64,000 bases of DNA from Heteronotia binoei (Eukaryota), in assembly GCF_032191835.1 (NCBI RefSeq), contig NC_083239.1:23994001-24058000 (forward strand), in the 5' to 3' direction. A program made the position numbers and the translations under genes. This document shows positions 11,038-30,105 of the stretch, piece after piece. Every line of letters begins with the position of its first letter. Positions within the stretch are counted from its first letter, which is position 1. Under the pieces are notes generated by a model that saw nothing but the letters and a program-made list of their open reading frames with translations, was not told where the DNA came from and did no database searches.

Positions 11038-11604
11038 CATGTCCTCCCTTGTTTGAATTGTGTGTTTGTGTGTAAAAGAGAGAGATAGTGACAAGTAAAG
11101 CTAAGAACGTTGCCTCAGAGGCAAAGCAGCTGTTGAGCAGTGCTCTAAATCCACCATGAGGCCTGAACTGAGGGAGTTTGGGGCTGGCAGGGAGAAGTTG
11201 GAGTGAGAAGATTTGAAGGTGGAGAAGCTTTGGGCTTGATTTTTACAAGAGCTTTAATGGGATGTTTAACTCAAGCTGTGTATTTTTCAAAATAAACTTT
11301 GTTGCTGTTCACTTTTTAGAAGAAACCATTAATGCTGGTCAGTTTTACCTCAGCAATTGTTTTAGACTTGGGTGGTTTATACTCAGGGCCTTAGCCCCTC
11401 AACCCTGGTTTATGTTCTTTTTAATTTCCTGCTAGGAATCCTGGAGCAGTGAGATAGGCATGAAACTGAATGGGACAGAAAGAGGGAAAAAAAAACCAGT
11501 GAGTTTTGTGAGAAGTCCTTTGGATGCCCACCACAGGGAGTAATTATTTTTTGTTGAACCAATAACCATCACAGACTTAGAGTATGTGCAGACAGCATTT
11601 TTTT

Positions 11605-11815
11605 TTTGTTTATTTATCATTTATACACCTTTCTCCCCATGGGAACTCAAAGGAGCTTATCCTCCATTTTATCCTCACAACAGCCCTGTGAAGAGAGCTC
11701 AGGCTGAGCTGAGAGCATGTGACTGGCCTCAGGTCACTCATTGAGTTTCCATGTCAGAATGGGATTTGAACCTGGCCTTTCCAGATCCTAGTCAAACACT
11801 TTAACCACCTCACCA
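11605..11815 (-). mobile_element. MIR/Squam3-like CORE SINE
   Basis: atcctcacaacagccctgtg tail segment and gggatttgaacc B-box in reverse orientation. Confidence 0.7.
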
Positions 11816-12035
11816 TTACATAGTCACAGCCCACCCACTCATAGTCAGAAGACAATTTCCATGTTGAAGAGTGCTGTGGATACATGAAGATGGACATTTG
11901 TTTAAAACAGAGCTGAGATTATGAGGGCACATGACTAAAATATTCCTGTGGAAACTAATAGCCTCTTTGGTTGAATTAAAGCAATGCACTAACCTCTAAA
12001 AATCACTGTACCATGTGATAAGTGAATATTTCTTT

Positions 12036-12260
12036 GAACATATGAAGCTGCCTTATACTGAATCAGACCTTTGGTCCATCAAAGTTAGTATTATCTTCTC
12101 AGACTGGCAGCGGCTCTCCAGGGTCTCAAGCTGAGGCTTTTCGTACCTATTTGCCTGGACCCTTTTTTGGAGATGCCAGGAATTGAACCTGGGACCTTCT
12201 GCTTCCCAAGCAGATGCTCTACCACTGAGCCAGGCAGATGCTCTACCACTGAGCCTCTCC
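12036..12260 (-). mobile_element. tRNA-head SINE (Squam2-like) with duplicated A-box
   Basis: Full body in reverse; agatgctctaccactgagc occurs twice in tandem at the head. Confidence 0.85.
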
Positions 12261-12967
12261 ATTGAATTTTCACTTTTCACAGGACTCAAGCCTTTTGCCT
12301 TTAAGGGAAGACCAGGTCTGTTATTTTTGTTCCCAGGTTTATTGAAAGATAATAATTCTAGCTGCAGTTAGGTGAAAGGTTACTAGTAACACAGAGAACA
12401 TCTGGCATAGAAAAAGGCAATTAAAATTATATGAGTATGCATGACATTTCTCTGCCTGAACCTGATCTAAGAATGAATTAGACTGTTAAGCCTCTTACCT
12501 AGAGTCTTCATTTTTTTTTTTAAAAAAAGAGGGAAACAGCTTCACTGAATTCCAGATCTGATACATCCCTACGTCAAAACTTACATAGTGTGGGCTAACA
12601 TGTAAAATATCACGCCTCTGCTTAATCATCTGATTTCTCACCACCCAAAGCATGACATTCCTCTGGGCATGCACAAGACACACTAAGTTTAATGAAAATA
12701 ATCACGTACGTTATTCTTTCTTCTGGGATGTATTTTGGCAGAAGACCAAACTGTTCATAAGAAACAACAGAAACTAGTTTTCACTGGCTGAGTGACTCTT
12801 TTTCTCTCAAGGACATTATCTCTGCCTATTGGAACAATGAGGAAACTGCCTACGTGTAACTCTTCAGGGAATATAACCAGCTGAGTTTATAAGTGATTGC
12901 AATGTCAGGCCTGCTTATGCTAACAATGAAATCTATCCTATGAAAAGCACATCCATTCTTTATCGTG

Positions 12968-13214
12968 TAGTGTTACCAGGTCCTGCCTGGCCACTAGTGG
13001 GGGATGGGGAGCTAGGGTTGCCAGATCCAGGCTGGAAAACTCCTGGAGATTTGTGGATGGAACCTGGGGAGGATGTGGAGCTCAGTGGGGTACAGTGCCA
13101 CAGAGTCCACCCTCCAAAGCTTCTATTTTCTTCGGGGGAACTGATCTCTGTAGTCTGGAGATGAGCTGTAATTCCAGGGGATCCTCAGGTCCCACCTGGA
13201 AGTTGGCATCCCTA
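12968..13214. mobile_element. hAT-like MITE (TAGGGTTGCCA family) with two left-end motifs
   Basis: tagtgttaccagg at 12968 and tagggttgccag at 13013; right end gttggcatcccta at 13214. Confidence 0.7.
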
Positions 13215-13496
13215 TCATGGCAGAGTAATTTTTTACAAAGTTTTGTAAGCTGTCTTAACTTCACAGTTCCTCCAACAGTTCTGCCCACTATATGCCTATA
13301 ATTTCAGGGCTTGAGATACCCAAACTTAAACATGATTTTATTTGTTTCTTATTAATTTCATTTCTTCCATGAAAGCTTACAAAACTGGAATTTTTAAACA
13401 TTCTTCATTTCACTGAATTATACTCTTTGTTTACAAAGCATCCATCCTAGGTATAATCCTGTGTGCAAGAAAAAAATATTGCTTAATATTATTGTA

Positions 13497-13784
13497 AAAA
13501 GGTAAAGGTAGTCCCCTGTGCAATCACCAGTTGTTTTCGACTGAGGGGTGACGTTGCTTTCACGTTTTCATGGCAGACTTTTTATGAGGTGGTTTGTCAT
13601 TGCTTTCCCCAGTCAGCTACACTTTCCCCCCAGCAAGTTGGGTATTCATTTTACTGACCTCGGAAGGATGGAAGGCTGAGTCAACCTGGAGCCAGCTACC
13701 TGAACCAGCTTCCACTGGGATCGAACTCAGGTCGTGAACAGAGGGCTCTGACTGCAGTACTGCAGCTTTACCATGCTGCGCCAC
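13497..13784 (-). mobile_element. Sauria SINE
   Basis: aaaggtaaaggtagtcccctgtgca tail through actgcagtactgcagctttacc head, in reverse. Confidence 0.85.
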
Positions 13785-13835
13785 CTCCATATTGCTGTAT
13801 TACTATCAAGCTAATAAGTTGCAAGTTTCCCATCC

Positions 13836-13995
13836 TTTCATCCTTCCGAGGTCGGTAAAATAAGTACTCAGCTTGCTGGGGGTAAAGTGTAGAATATGAC
13901 TGGGGAAGGCAATGGCAAACCACCCCATAAAAATATGCCAAGAAAATGTCCATGGGTCAGTACAGACCCGGTGCTTTGCACAGGAGACTATCTTT
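13836..13995 (+). mobile_element. Sauria SINE 3' half, inverted relative to the neighbouring copy
   Basis: catccttccgaggtcggtaaaa...gcttgctgggggtaaagtgtag...ggcaatggcaaaccacccc...tgcacaggagacta. Confidence 0.8.
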
Positions 13996-14280
13996 TCTTT
14001 TTACTTTAATAATAAGTTGATAATAAATATGCCTGTTCCCTGTTAATAGTTTTTAATACTAAATTTTTATTTTGAATTCTCAGTAGGGATACAGCAGGGG
14101 AAAAGGGGGATGAGGAAAAGGGCAGAATCATATATTAAATAAATACACAATACATTGGCAGTTTTACTAATACGGGTACTGAATATATTATTCAGTGTAC
14201 AAATATGTAAGAAGAATAGTTTAGCCAAAACATGGCATGACATTATATATTAGCATAGTAATATGAGAGTATTCCATGAG

Positions 14281-14281
14281 A

Positions 14282-14325
<44 letters not shown>

Positions 14326-14330
14326 ATAAT
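14281..14330. repeat. (AT)n(GT)n compound microsatellite
   Basis: atatatatatatatatat followed by gtgtgtgt... run. Confidence 0.9.
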
Positions 14331-14391
14331 ATATGTATAATGTAATATATCATGAATAGTTTTGTTTAAGTTATATTTAGAAAGTTATAAC

Positions 14392-14770
14392 TCCACTTTT
14401 CTTCCCAATAGGGACTCAAAGCAGCTTGCAGCATTCTCCCCTCCTCCACTTTATCTTTACAATAAGCACCCTTTGAGGTAGGTTAGGAAGCTAAACAGGG
14501 TCGGCCCTGGTTAATACTTAGATACGACACCACCAAGGATGTTCAGGCTTGCTACAGAGGAAGGCAATGGCAAGCAACCTCTGTTCGTCTCTTGCCTCAG
14601 AAACCCTGTGGGGTTGCTATAAGTTGGCTGCAACTTAATGGCACTTTCCACCATCACCAGGCTGAGAAAGGGAATCAGGACCAAGGTCCCCCAGTAGACT
14701 TCCCTGGCAAAGTGGGGAAATTGAACTCAGATATCCCTGATCTTTCTTTAACATACTAACTGCTATACTA
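14392..14770. mobile_element. MIR/Squam3-like SINE (-) interrupted by a 5S-derived SINE (+, about 14489-14660)
   Basis: The Squam3-like sequence breaks at ...ggtaggttagg and resumes at aggctgagaaag. The insert begins aagctaaacagggtcggccctggttaatactt (5S-like). Confidence 0.65.
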
Positions 14771-17700
14771 GTTTGGCCAATCTCAAATTGGGGCCTGGAG
14801 ATCTCCCGCTTTTACAACTGATCTCCAGGCAACAGGGATCAATTTGTTTATTAGATTTATAGCCCTCCCTCCCTTGTACAACAGGGCTCAGAGTGAGTAC
14901 AACAGTATTCATAAATTAAAACTATTAAAACTCTTACAATAATACTGGCTCCTACAATAAAAAGGGAAGCACATTCCTGCCCCGCCCCCCAGGGAAGAAA
15001 TCACTGCTTTGGAAGGTGGACTTCATAGCATTGTACCCTGTACCCTCCCCTCCCCAAACCCCACCCTCCCCCAGTTTCATCCCTCCCCCCATAAAAATCT
15101 CCATTCTCCAAGTATTTCTTCATCCAGAGCTGAGAAGAGTATGCTGCACCCTTTTGGCCCTTTCTCTGGCATTTACCTTTTCCACCCCAGGGGACTGGTT
15201 TCAGCATGCAGAGTCATTCTCTTCCCTAGTCCTGATCCTTACTCCAACTGATAGTTTCAGCAGAGAGGACTTCTGCAAGCACCAAATGGTTGGGGACAAT
15301 CAGGTCTGCCTATGTTGCCAACACACTTTCCTCCATAGAACCCTCGTGGTTCTTTGTCCTAGCGCTGTTCCAAGACCTGCCAGTGTCCCCACTGAGAGCT
15401 ATGGTCCTTTGGCCAGCTTGTTTCACATTGACACAGTCTGCCTGCCCCCAGCTTTGTTCCTCACAGCAGGCAGGTTCTGACTGGCCCAGGAACTCTGTGT
15501 CTTTGGAAGGAGAGGGACATGAAGGGTCTGTTCAAATGCACAATCTCATTGAAAGGAGGAATGGAGAGCAAACTTTAAGGCAGTGTGTAGAACTCAACGC
15601 AGGATGAAGACTGTGAGTGCCAATTATTTTTAAAGAGAGTAAAATGAAAGGTCTCTTGGGTTCTGCAGGCCAAAATGGGCCACATTTGGCACAAGGCAAG
15701 TGCTTGGCTGACATAGACTTCTGCTTTGACCCTCAAAACCTAAAAAAAAAAATTAAAAATGCAAAAACATCTCCCAGGGAGATTCCTTCCACACACCAAG
15801 ATCACTTGGCCACACTTCCTGTGGAGACAGAACAGGAAGTCAGAGCATCCTTCATCATAGAAACAAACCTCCACCCCTTTCATGGTTTCACCAAAGTTTC
15901 GTGCTTGTCCTATTTCTGACATAGCACTGGTCATCTGGACAGAACTTTACTGTATTCATTTGATTTATCCTTACAATGGCATTTGTGCTGTTCTAGATAT
16001 TACAAAAGTCACTTTAACTTTTGCCCAAAGATTTTCAAGTTTTTAAAGTTCTTCCCAGAATCTTTCTTCACAGTGCAAGCTATCCGGAATTGAAATCAAT
16101 CTGATTTTGGGAAACAGAGCAGTTTGCCAGTGCAGGAAACATTTAACTCTTTTCATTCTCTCTTGCACTCAAACTTTATATGTAAAATGCTCAGAATTGA
16201 CCATTCATGCAAAGGGGGAACATATTTGCCTCCCACCCCCATCCGGATCTTTTTCCAGAAGCAGGCTTTGCTGTGTCCCCATCAACCCCCACAGTGTGAG
16301 TTTCCCTGACCAATTTGGAAGCTTATTAGCAAGAAATCAGATCAAAACTTCAGAACAGAATGTGGGTGCCACCTACTGGCAGGATTCCCCACAGCACCAA
16401 GGAACCAACTGGAACAATGGGTAAACAGAGGGTGCTGTAGGATTCCTGTAGATTTTGCACAATGACATTCAATCTTTGCAGGGACTTTCCTCCTTGCTAG
16501 TGTTGCCCCCCCCCCCCTTTTCAACTGCCGTAAACTTTCATATCCATAGCATGGTCCCCAGGGGGGCTCTGAAGATGCACTTAGAATTCTGGGAAGTTTT
16601 GATCCTTAAGAAAGATCATTCTTTGGGGGCAGGGTTGGAGATAAAGGTATTTCTGCCCTCCAACTGATGTGGCATATTTTCCCTTCACATGTGTATCAGC
16701 ACCTAGTGTGCTAGCAGTGGGAGCCCTCGCTCATAGAAAGAGCTGAGCATTATAGAACTGGGAAGCTAAAGTTTGCATTTTAAAAAAGCAAGAGTCCCTT
16801 GTTTATTACTACGAAAGAGACTTTTAAAAATAACACATACTTTGAAGTTGCTTTTCTTTGGTGGTTCACAAAAGCTACAACCCCCATGAAAAGCTGGCTG
16901 GTTCCTATAGCTCCAGTTCCCTAGACACAAACAGAAGGGGGTGCATGGGAGCCTAGACCCCTAATATTCTGGGCCTACTTGTTGGATCTAGAAGACTGCA
17001 GATGGAGCATTTTCGATCAGTTAAAGGGATGAATTGTTTTCCAGAATGTATGAGCAAATATGCACACCGCAGTGCTCTCACTTATTCGACACCCTTTTAG
17101 TTCATTATCACATCACACGTAGGCATGGCAGAAAGTTGGATCAGTGGTCTGTTTTCGTGTATGAATAGGACATGTGGAATAGCTGTGCAACTTAGATGAA
17201 CTGTATGTTTTCTGTTGGCCTCACTCCTTATCCCATCGTCTGTGCCTTGGGCACTTGATAGGGCAGCCAGGTTGCACCCTGCCCTCAAACTGTTCAGTAA
17301 GGCAGTGGGGAGAAATGGGGGGAATGGCATCCTGCCATGACATCACTTCCAGCTGCATAACCTGAAGTGATGTCTTTGCATCACAAGATGCTCTAGGATT
17401 CACCTGTGGTGTTTCTCAGATCTCTGTGAATCCTAGAATGCCCCATTGATGCAGTGAAATCACTTCCAGTTACATAGCTGGACTGATGTTGTAAGATGCC
17501 ATTTGGTTAAGTCCCACCCCGGCCAGTATCCCAGGGCTGGCAACCATACTGCATGTTCTACAAACCTTGATCCTGCCAAATTTCTGCAACTTCCAGGAGG
17601 AAGCAACCCTACTTCAGGGAAGCTGACAAACATTTCAATGGAGATTTTCACCTGTGGTCATCAGAATCCTCTGGCCACCAACTGCTGCAAAAAGTAGAGG

Positions 17701-17904
17701 GCATCACCAAACTTGGGACTGCAATGCAAATTTTGTTCTCAGGGCTAAAACTCAAGACTTGTGCACTTCCCTGGACAGTGCCTGGGTTGGGATTTCCATC
17801 AACTCAGCTTGTGATTGACTGTCTTACTAACCCATGTCATTCACCAGAGCAGAAATAAACCACCTGGTGTTTTCCTAGCCAGGGCTAAAAGCATCTCACC
17901 TCAA

Positions 17905-18177
17905 AAAGAAGACTGCAGATTTATACCCCGCCCTTCTCTCTGAATCAGAGTCCCAGAGCAGCTTACAATCTCCTTTATCTCCTTCCCCCACAACAGACAC
18001 CCTGTGAGTTGGGTGGGGCTGAGAGGGCTCTCACAGCAGCTGCCCTTTCAAGGACAACTCCTATGAGAGCTATGGCTAACCCAAGGCCATTCCAGCAGCT
18101 GCAAGTGGTGTGGGGAATCAAACTGGGTTATCCCAGATAAGAGTCTGTGCACTTAACCACTACACCAAACTGGCTCA
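17905..18177 (-). mobile_element. MIR-derived SINE (Squam3-like), full length
   Basis: Reverse head gagccagtttggtgtagtggttaag, core gcagctgctgtgagagccctctcagcccc, tail gggcggggtataaatctgcagtcttctt. Confidence 0.85.
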
Positions 18178-18892
18178 GGCCACAGGTGGAGGTATTCAGA
18201 GGTGGTGGGGACTTCAGGCAGGGAGCAGGCCTTCCCATGTAATCTCTGGAGCAGAGCAGAGCTGAAGGGGACAGGATTCTTGGAGAACATCTCAGCTCTG
18301 ACTGTACAAGCCACTATCAACCAAGTTTCCTTCTGTGGACCTCACCCCCTCCCTCTTTATGCGAATCTTCAGCCTATTGTGACTGTATAGTGGCTACAAA
18401 AAAACCCCACATTTCACATGTGCATGAATGAAATCACTGCAAAGCTTGGGGAGAACTAAATCCTTAGCTTTAGCAGCCTCATAAGGAGGAAGTATGGATC
18501 CCATGAACACATGATTTTGCAGGCCCCCCTGCTTGTCTTCTCTAATTCCTTCCACCCTGTCTCCACCCTATGCCAGTCAGTTCTGTCTACAGGGCCTGCT
18601 GATCCAGGGAAGCACACAAGTTCTTTGCCCAATAGGAACTATCACCTGAAGGTGAGTGAAACCTTAACAAGAGGAGTCCCAATATTGCAAACCTACAGCC
18701 TGGCTCCTATTTACATATAATCCAGATCTACAGCACTGGGCCCATTCCAGAATTTCCCATCCATAATGGATAACATATTTTCCCAGTTCCATGCTTTTAC
18801 AACCATACCCGTTATGTATGGTTTGTGCTACCAGTTCTCAGCTGCCCTTTGAAACTGAAGAAGATACAGACTGCTTGTGGGTGGGGAGAGGC

Positions 18893-19290
18893 AGGGCTGT
18901 AGCTCACTGGTAGAACATCTGCTTTGCATGCAGAAGGTCCCAGGTTCAATCTCCGGCATCACTAGCCAAAAGGATCAGGAAGCAGGTAATGTGAGAGACC
19001 TCTGCCCCAGACCCTGGAAAGCCATCACCAGTCTGAGTAGACAATAGACACTTCGTTTGATTCAGTATGGCAGCTCTATTTTAGTAAGGGACCATGGCTC
19101 AGCAGTAGAGCATCTGCTTGGCATGCAGAAGGTTCCAGGTTCAATTCCCAGCATCTCCATTTAAAAGAACCAGGCAGTAGGTGATGTGAAACACTTCTGC
19201 CTAAAAACCTGGAGAGCTGCTGCCAGTCTGACAATACTGACCTTGATGGACCAAGGATCTGATTCAGTATAAGACAACTGCATGTGCTCA
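18893..19290 (+). mobile_element. Two head-to-tail tRNA-head SINEs (about 18893-19075 and 19087-19290)
   Basis: Each has gctca..gtag A-box, ggttcaat B-box and gattcagtat tail. Confidence 0.8.
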
Positions 19291-19642
19291 CTAAGCCATT
19301 TCCCTGTTGAAGGATGGGATGGCAGAATGCAATCAGCCTGGCGGGATGGGTGGAGCAACCTCTGGAACCTTCAGAGACTTGCAGGCGAGCCACGCTCAGA
19401 ACACAGGCTTGATCTCAGCAGGAGGAAGGAGAGACAAAGGACTCTGCACATGCACAGACACCTGGATTGCTTATTTGCATGGCTAGGAGCCCTCTTCCAA
19501 CCTGACACTCTGAAAATGTCATCCCACAGGGGAACTTCTGCCGCTTCAGCCAGCCTCACGCTAACTTGCCCATTCCTAGGCCTGGTTGTCACAGGGAGAA
19601 GATTCACCTCTCAGCTCAGAGGAGACAGGTGCGCTTAAGTGC

Positions 19643-19871
19643 TTTATTTCCGAAAAAGCAAGCAAGTGGACTACAGACAGGCTCAGCCCAAGTGCTGCCC
19701 CCACCCCTGCCCCTTTCTCTCCACTTTGCAGCAGATGCACCAGAGGAATTAAACCAAGGCACCACTCTTTGTTTAAAGTTGCTCACCTTGTGGCTGACCC
19801 TCTTGTTGGCCTGTAACATTTGGATCAATTTATTTTTTTACAAAATGGAAAATTAAATACCAAGATTTATT
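19643..19871 (-). terminator. Candidate MEAF6 polyA signals
   Basis: AATAAA on the minus strand at 19866-19871, 19829-19834 and 19643-19648. Which one is used cannot be told from sequence. Confidence 0.35.
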
Positions 19872-20214
19872 TTAAAAAGACAACCAATGACCACCCAACA
19901 TTTATGAGACAAAAAAAAATCAATCAAGAGGCGGCAGTGGCACGAAGAAACATCGACAGGAGCATCTCCCAAGGGTTCTTTTACACACGTGATGGAGCAC
20001 TAAAGTGTGGCCAATGAGAAGAGGGCTTCTATTTCCGATCAGCGAGGAAGCGAGACGCACCAGGAAGCCAGGGATTGTCACCACCAGGTCTGGGCTACGA
20101 GCAAGAGTAGGTGCGCAGGTCTAGGAGGGAGCTGGCATTGTGCTTATTCAGTCTCTTGGGCTGGACTACGGTGGGGGAGAGGGACCAATCCTGGAAGTTT
20201 CACTGTGGAGAAGC

Positions 20215-26382
<6,168 letters not shown>

Positions 26383-26672
26383 GGCCGGCCCGACCGGAGC
26401 CTCGCGGGGAGTGGCGATGCCCAGCCGCGCCGCCGGGGGCAGCAGCCGCAGCCGCGCCACCAGCCCGGCCCCCTTCCTGGCCCGCCGCGCGCTGCTCTTC
26501 CGGCTCGGCCCAGGCGGCCTCCGGGCACCAGGGGCGCCCTGCCCCGACCCACACACGCTCCGCCGGGCCGGCAAAAATGGACCCAGACCCCGGCCGCAGA
26601 TCTCCGCCCGCTCTGCCTCACGCGCCTTTTGGGGCTCAGCCCGCAGACCAAGCGGTTCGGGCTGGGCTGCCG

Positions 26673-27059
26673 TAGGGTTGCCATCCTCCAGGCGGTGGCT
26701 GGACACTACATTGGTCAGTCTCCTTTTGCGGCCTGGAGACTGCCCGCTTTTACAACTGATCTCCAGGTGGCAGAGATAAGCTCCCCTGGAGAAAACGGCT
26801 ACTTTGAAGAGTGGACTCTATGGCATTGAACCATGCTGAGGCCCTTTCCCAAACCCTCCCGCTCCTGGATCCACCCCCAAAGTCTCCAGCTATTTTCCAA
26901 CACTGGTCAAACAACTCTCCTGGAAATCTCCCGGAGTTACAGCTGCTCTCCACCCAAGCTCAATTGCCCTGAAGGAAATGGCAATTTTGGAGAGTGAACT
27001 CTGTGGAGCCATCCCCCCCTGCCCCACATCTCCAGGAATTTCCAAAGCTGGCAAACCTA
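26673..27059. mobile_element. hAT-like MITE (composite) just upstream of MEAF6
   Basis: TAGGGTTGCCATCC left end, ctggcaaaccta right end; internal segments appear twice. Confidence 0.7.
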
Positions 27060-28883
27060 ACTGGACCCAAACCCCATGGACTGCACTTGGGTGCTGCCAT
27101 AAATACACTGATCAGGGCTGTAGCCAGAAATGTTTGTTGGTGGGGAGGGAGCCACTTGAGGTACATAGAGATGGAGGCGAATTTGGATACTGTCCCTGCT
27201 GTTGAGGGAGGGAGTGTGTTGTGGCAGCCTGGCCAGGCAGAACAAGGAGGCACCAGTGTGGGAAAGCCAGCATGAGAGTGGGGAAGCTGAGATGAGTGGG
27301 GATGCCGGCAGGAGAGCAGCAAGCTATGGTGGAGGGGCCAGAAAGGTGAAACAAGAATGGTTTGTGGGGTCCTGCCCCCTGGGCTCCACAGTAGCTACAG
27401 GCCTGATGGTGATGGCATCAAGTCTCACCATGCTCTCCAAGTCAGGGCCCCCAGAGATAACATGGAAGCCACTGCAGTCAGCCTAATCCAAGAGGCCGCA
27501 GCTGTTGCAGGGTCTTCTGTCACAGCATGGACCCATCCAATGGGATCAGCAAAGTGCAGTTAGCTGCAACGGAGGATTCTCCACCCCATGAAGCATCTCC
27601 AAATTTTGGGTTGCTGCGACTTTGGTCCACTTCCTAGCTTTAGTAATTGCCCCAACTCCATGTCTACTCCTAGCTTCTGTGCCTGTCTGCCCTGGCTGCT
27701 GTCAGCCCCCCTCTCCCATCATCATCTACTACTACAAGTAACGGGATAAACACCATAACCATATCTTCCCATGAACTCTCTCTACAATTTTGTTCTTCCC
27801 TCAAAACTTTGCCTCCTTCTGTGGTAAGCTGCAAACTATCCATTGACCTCATTTTCTACCTTCCTCCACCACTTTCCCCTTCTCACAATCAAATTAAAAA
27901 GTTCCATTAAAAGCAGATGGCATTACAAATTAAAAGCATTCTACAAAGCACATAGCAGGAAGAGTTAAACTTTGTACCTAAATGTTACTAGTGAGATGGC
28001 TTGGTAGCTATCTCTAGGAAGTTGCTCTCCCCTCCCCAAATGTTACACCATGAAGAGAAGCAATGCTGTCCTCTCCAGCAATCAAAAAGGAGATTACAGC
28101 AAAATGGGAGAATTAGTCCATGTTGTGACAAGGGTTGCAAAGGGTGATGAATGCAAGGTTGGGGGTAGTTGAGCTAGACTATTTTGGTGGGGGGATTACC
28201 CTAAAGGCTGTGTGCAGGCAAGCCAAATCCTACACTATTCTGAGTCAGCAGGTATAGCCCTGAGGAGAAACATGCTCAGATCTCTGCTTGCCATGACATG
28301 CACGGCCAGGGGAACCTTGGGCTATTCATTCTCTAGAGTAACTCACAGGTTTGTTGTGGAGACAGACACTGGCCTGAGCAAAAGAGGAAAGGGGGGGCAA
28401 GAAAGCATCCATTGCTCTGCATTTTCCTGTCCTACAATTATCTACACACAGAAGTTTTATTTCTTGAAGGAAAGGCCATAAGGAATATATATCTCAGGCA
28501 TGGAATCTGAACTGCATACAAGCCATGCAAATGGTGATATATCACATATGGCAGCCTATAGCTGTACATGAACAGTGTGATAGAGTGGTCATAGAGGATG
28601 GGCCCAGCCATCCATTCACTAGAGTGGAAAAGTTTACTCCTATGAATGTTTTTGCATAGCAGACCAATGATCCCTCCCCATCAACATACAGTTTCCAAAT
28701 AGTGCAGCTACTCTCCCCTGATCACAGTAGTGCTACATGGGCGGGGGGGGGGGGGGGGGAGGACAGATTTTGACTTTCAAAATTAAATTAATTTGTCTAG
28801 GACCAGTGAAGACAACCCCCCTTCCCCTGACAACCTTTAAAATGAGGATTGTGATGCACCTTGCTTTTTGTACAAAGTACAAA

Positions 28884-29025
28884 ACCTCATAGGGTTTTCA
28901 AGGCAAGAGATGTTCAGAGGCGATTTGCCATTGCCTTCCTCTGCATCGCAACCCTGGACTTCCTTGGTGGTGTCCCATTTAGAATCTGTGTCAGATCAGA
29001 CAAGCCAGGGCTATTCAGGCTGCCT
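28884..29025 (-). mobile_element. 5S-derived SINE, partial
   Basis: tcatagggttttcaaggcaagagatgttcagagg...ttccttggtggtgtcccat...tcagacaagccagggcta. Confidence 0.7.
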
Positions 29026-30105
29026 GCCATGGTCAAGGAGAAAAAAACCCCCTCAAGAACTAGATCAAGTTAAATTTACAAATCTTTTTTATCAAATAAA
29101 AAGAATAACTACAGTAAAGAAGATGCTGCTGTCTTGAAACGTTCCTCTCAGGTATCATTTAGGAATTGCATTTCAGCTCAATCGCCCTAGTTCTAAACCT
29201 ATATATTCAGCATTTCGGCAAATAGAAATTGCTTTTGGGAAAAGTTACTAACCAAGTACATCGAGTTGCACTGTACAATGAGTGGTTCTAGGGCACAAAA
29301 CAGTTCAGTGAAATAAATTTCCTTCCCATTCCCAAATCATAATAAACCATTTGTCTCCTGTGGGAATTCGACACAAAGGAATCTACTGTTAATATTTTGT
29401 TGGAAAACACTCTCCATCATATCAGAAATGCGTGAGCAGAACAGGAGTCTCAGAAACCAGCTCGAACCCCTTCACCTCAGTGATAAAAAGCCAGAGAAAA
29501 GACTGAGGGTACTTTATATACACACTGCAAACCATATCTTTGAAAACTTCACTGGATACCAACTGCCTACACAAAGCATTTAAAAAAATCATACAAATTC
29601 CTAACTTTAACATATGAATAAATCAACCAAACATAGACATTACAGAAAAACATCTGGCTTTCTCTATCTCAAGACCCCACTTAGTATTTTTTAAGTAGCA
29701 TTTATCTTTTTAACAGTTTGCAAGCAAAAGAAAGAAAAAATAACAGTTATCTTGGACTTTTAGGGGAGGGAGAGGAAGAGAAGCAGCAGCTTTGTGGTGT
29801 TCAGGACTGTTTGTTGCTGCAAAGTTTTATGTAAAAATAATTCACTGAGGAGCTGCCAGGCCACATGAGCATCCAGAACACCTTTCGGTTAACAAAACCC
29901 ACCTTAAAAGCAGTGGTTTTCTTTATTACCCAAAAAAGCCCAGCACCATCAAAGCCACATGTATATAAGAAGCTCCTCAAATAAGAAGTCAAGAGACAGC
30001 AGACTTTAAGGCAGTGAAAGACAAGAGGGCAGCGAGGCTCCAGCACCACAATAAGGATGCCAGCTCTACTGCAGGAAAAGTTCAGTCCACCTTCCCGGCC
30101 TATTG

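Noticed and set aside
16481-16490. Isolated canonical kB site GGGACTTTCC (also GGGGAATTCC at 7448-7457)
   Set aside because: Single matches are expected by chance several times in 64 kb; the 7448 site adjoins an L2 remnant and neither has partner motifs.
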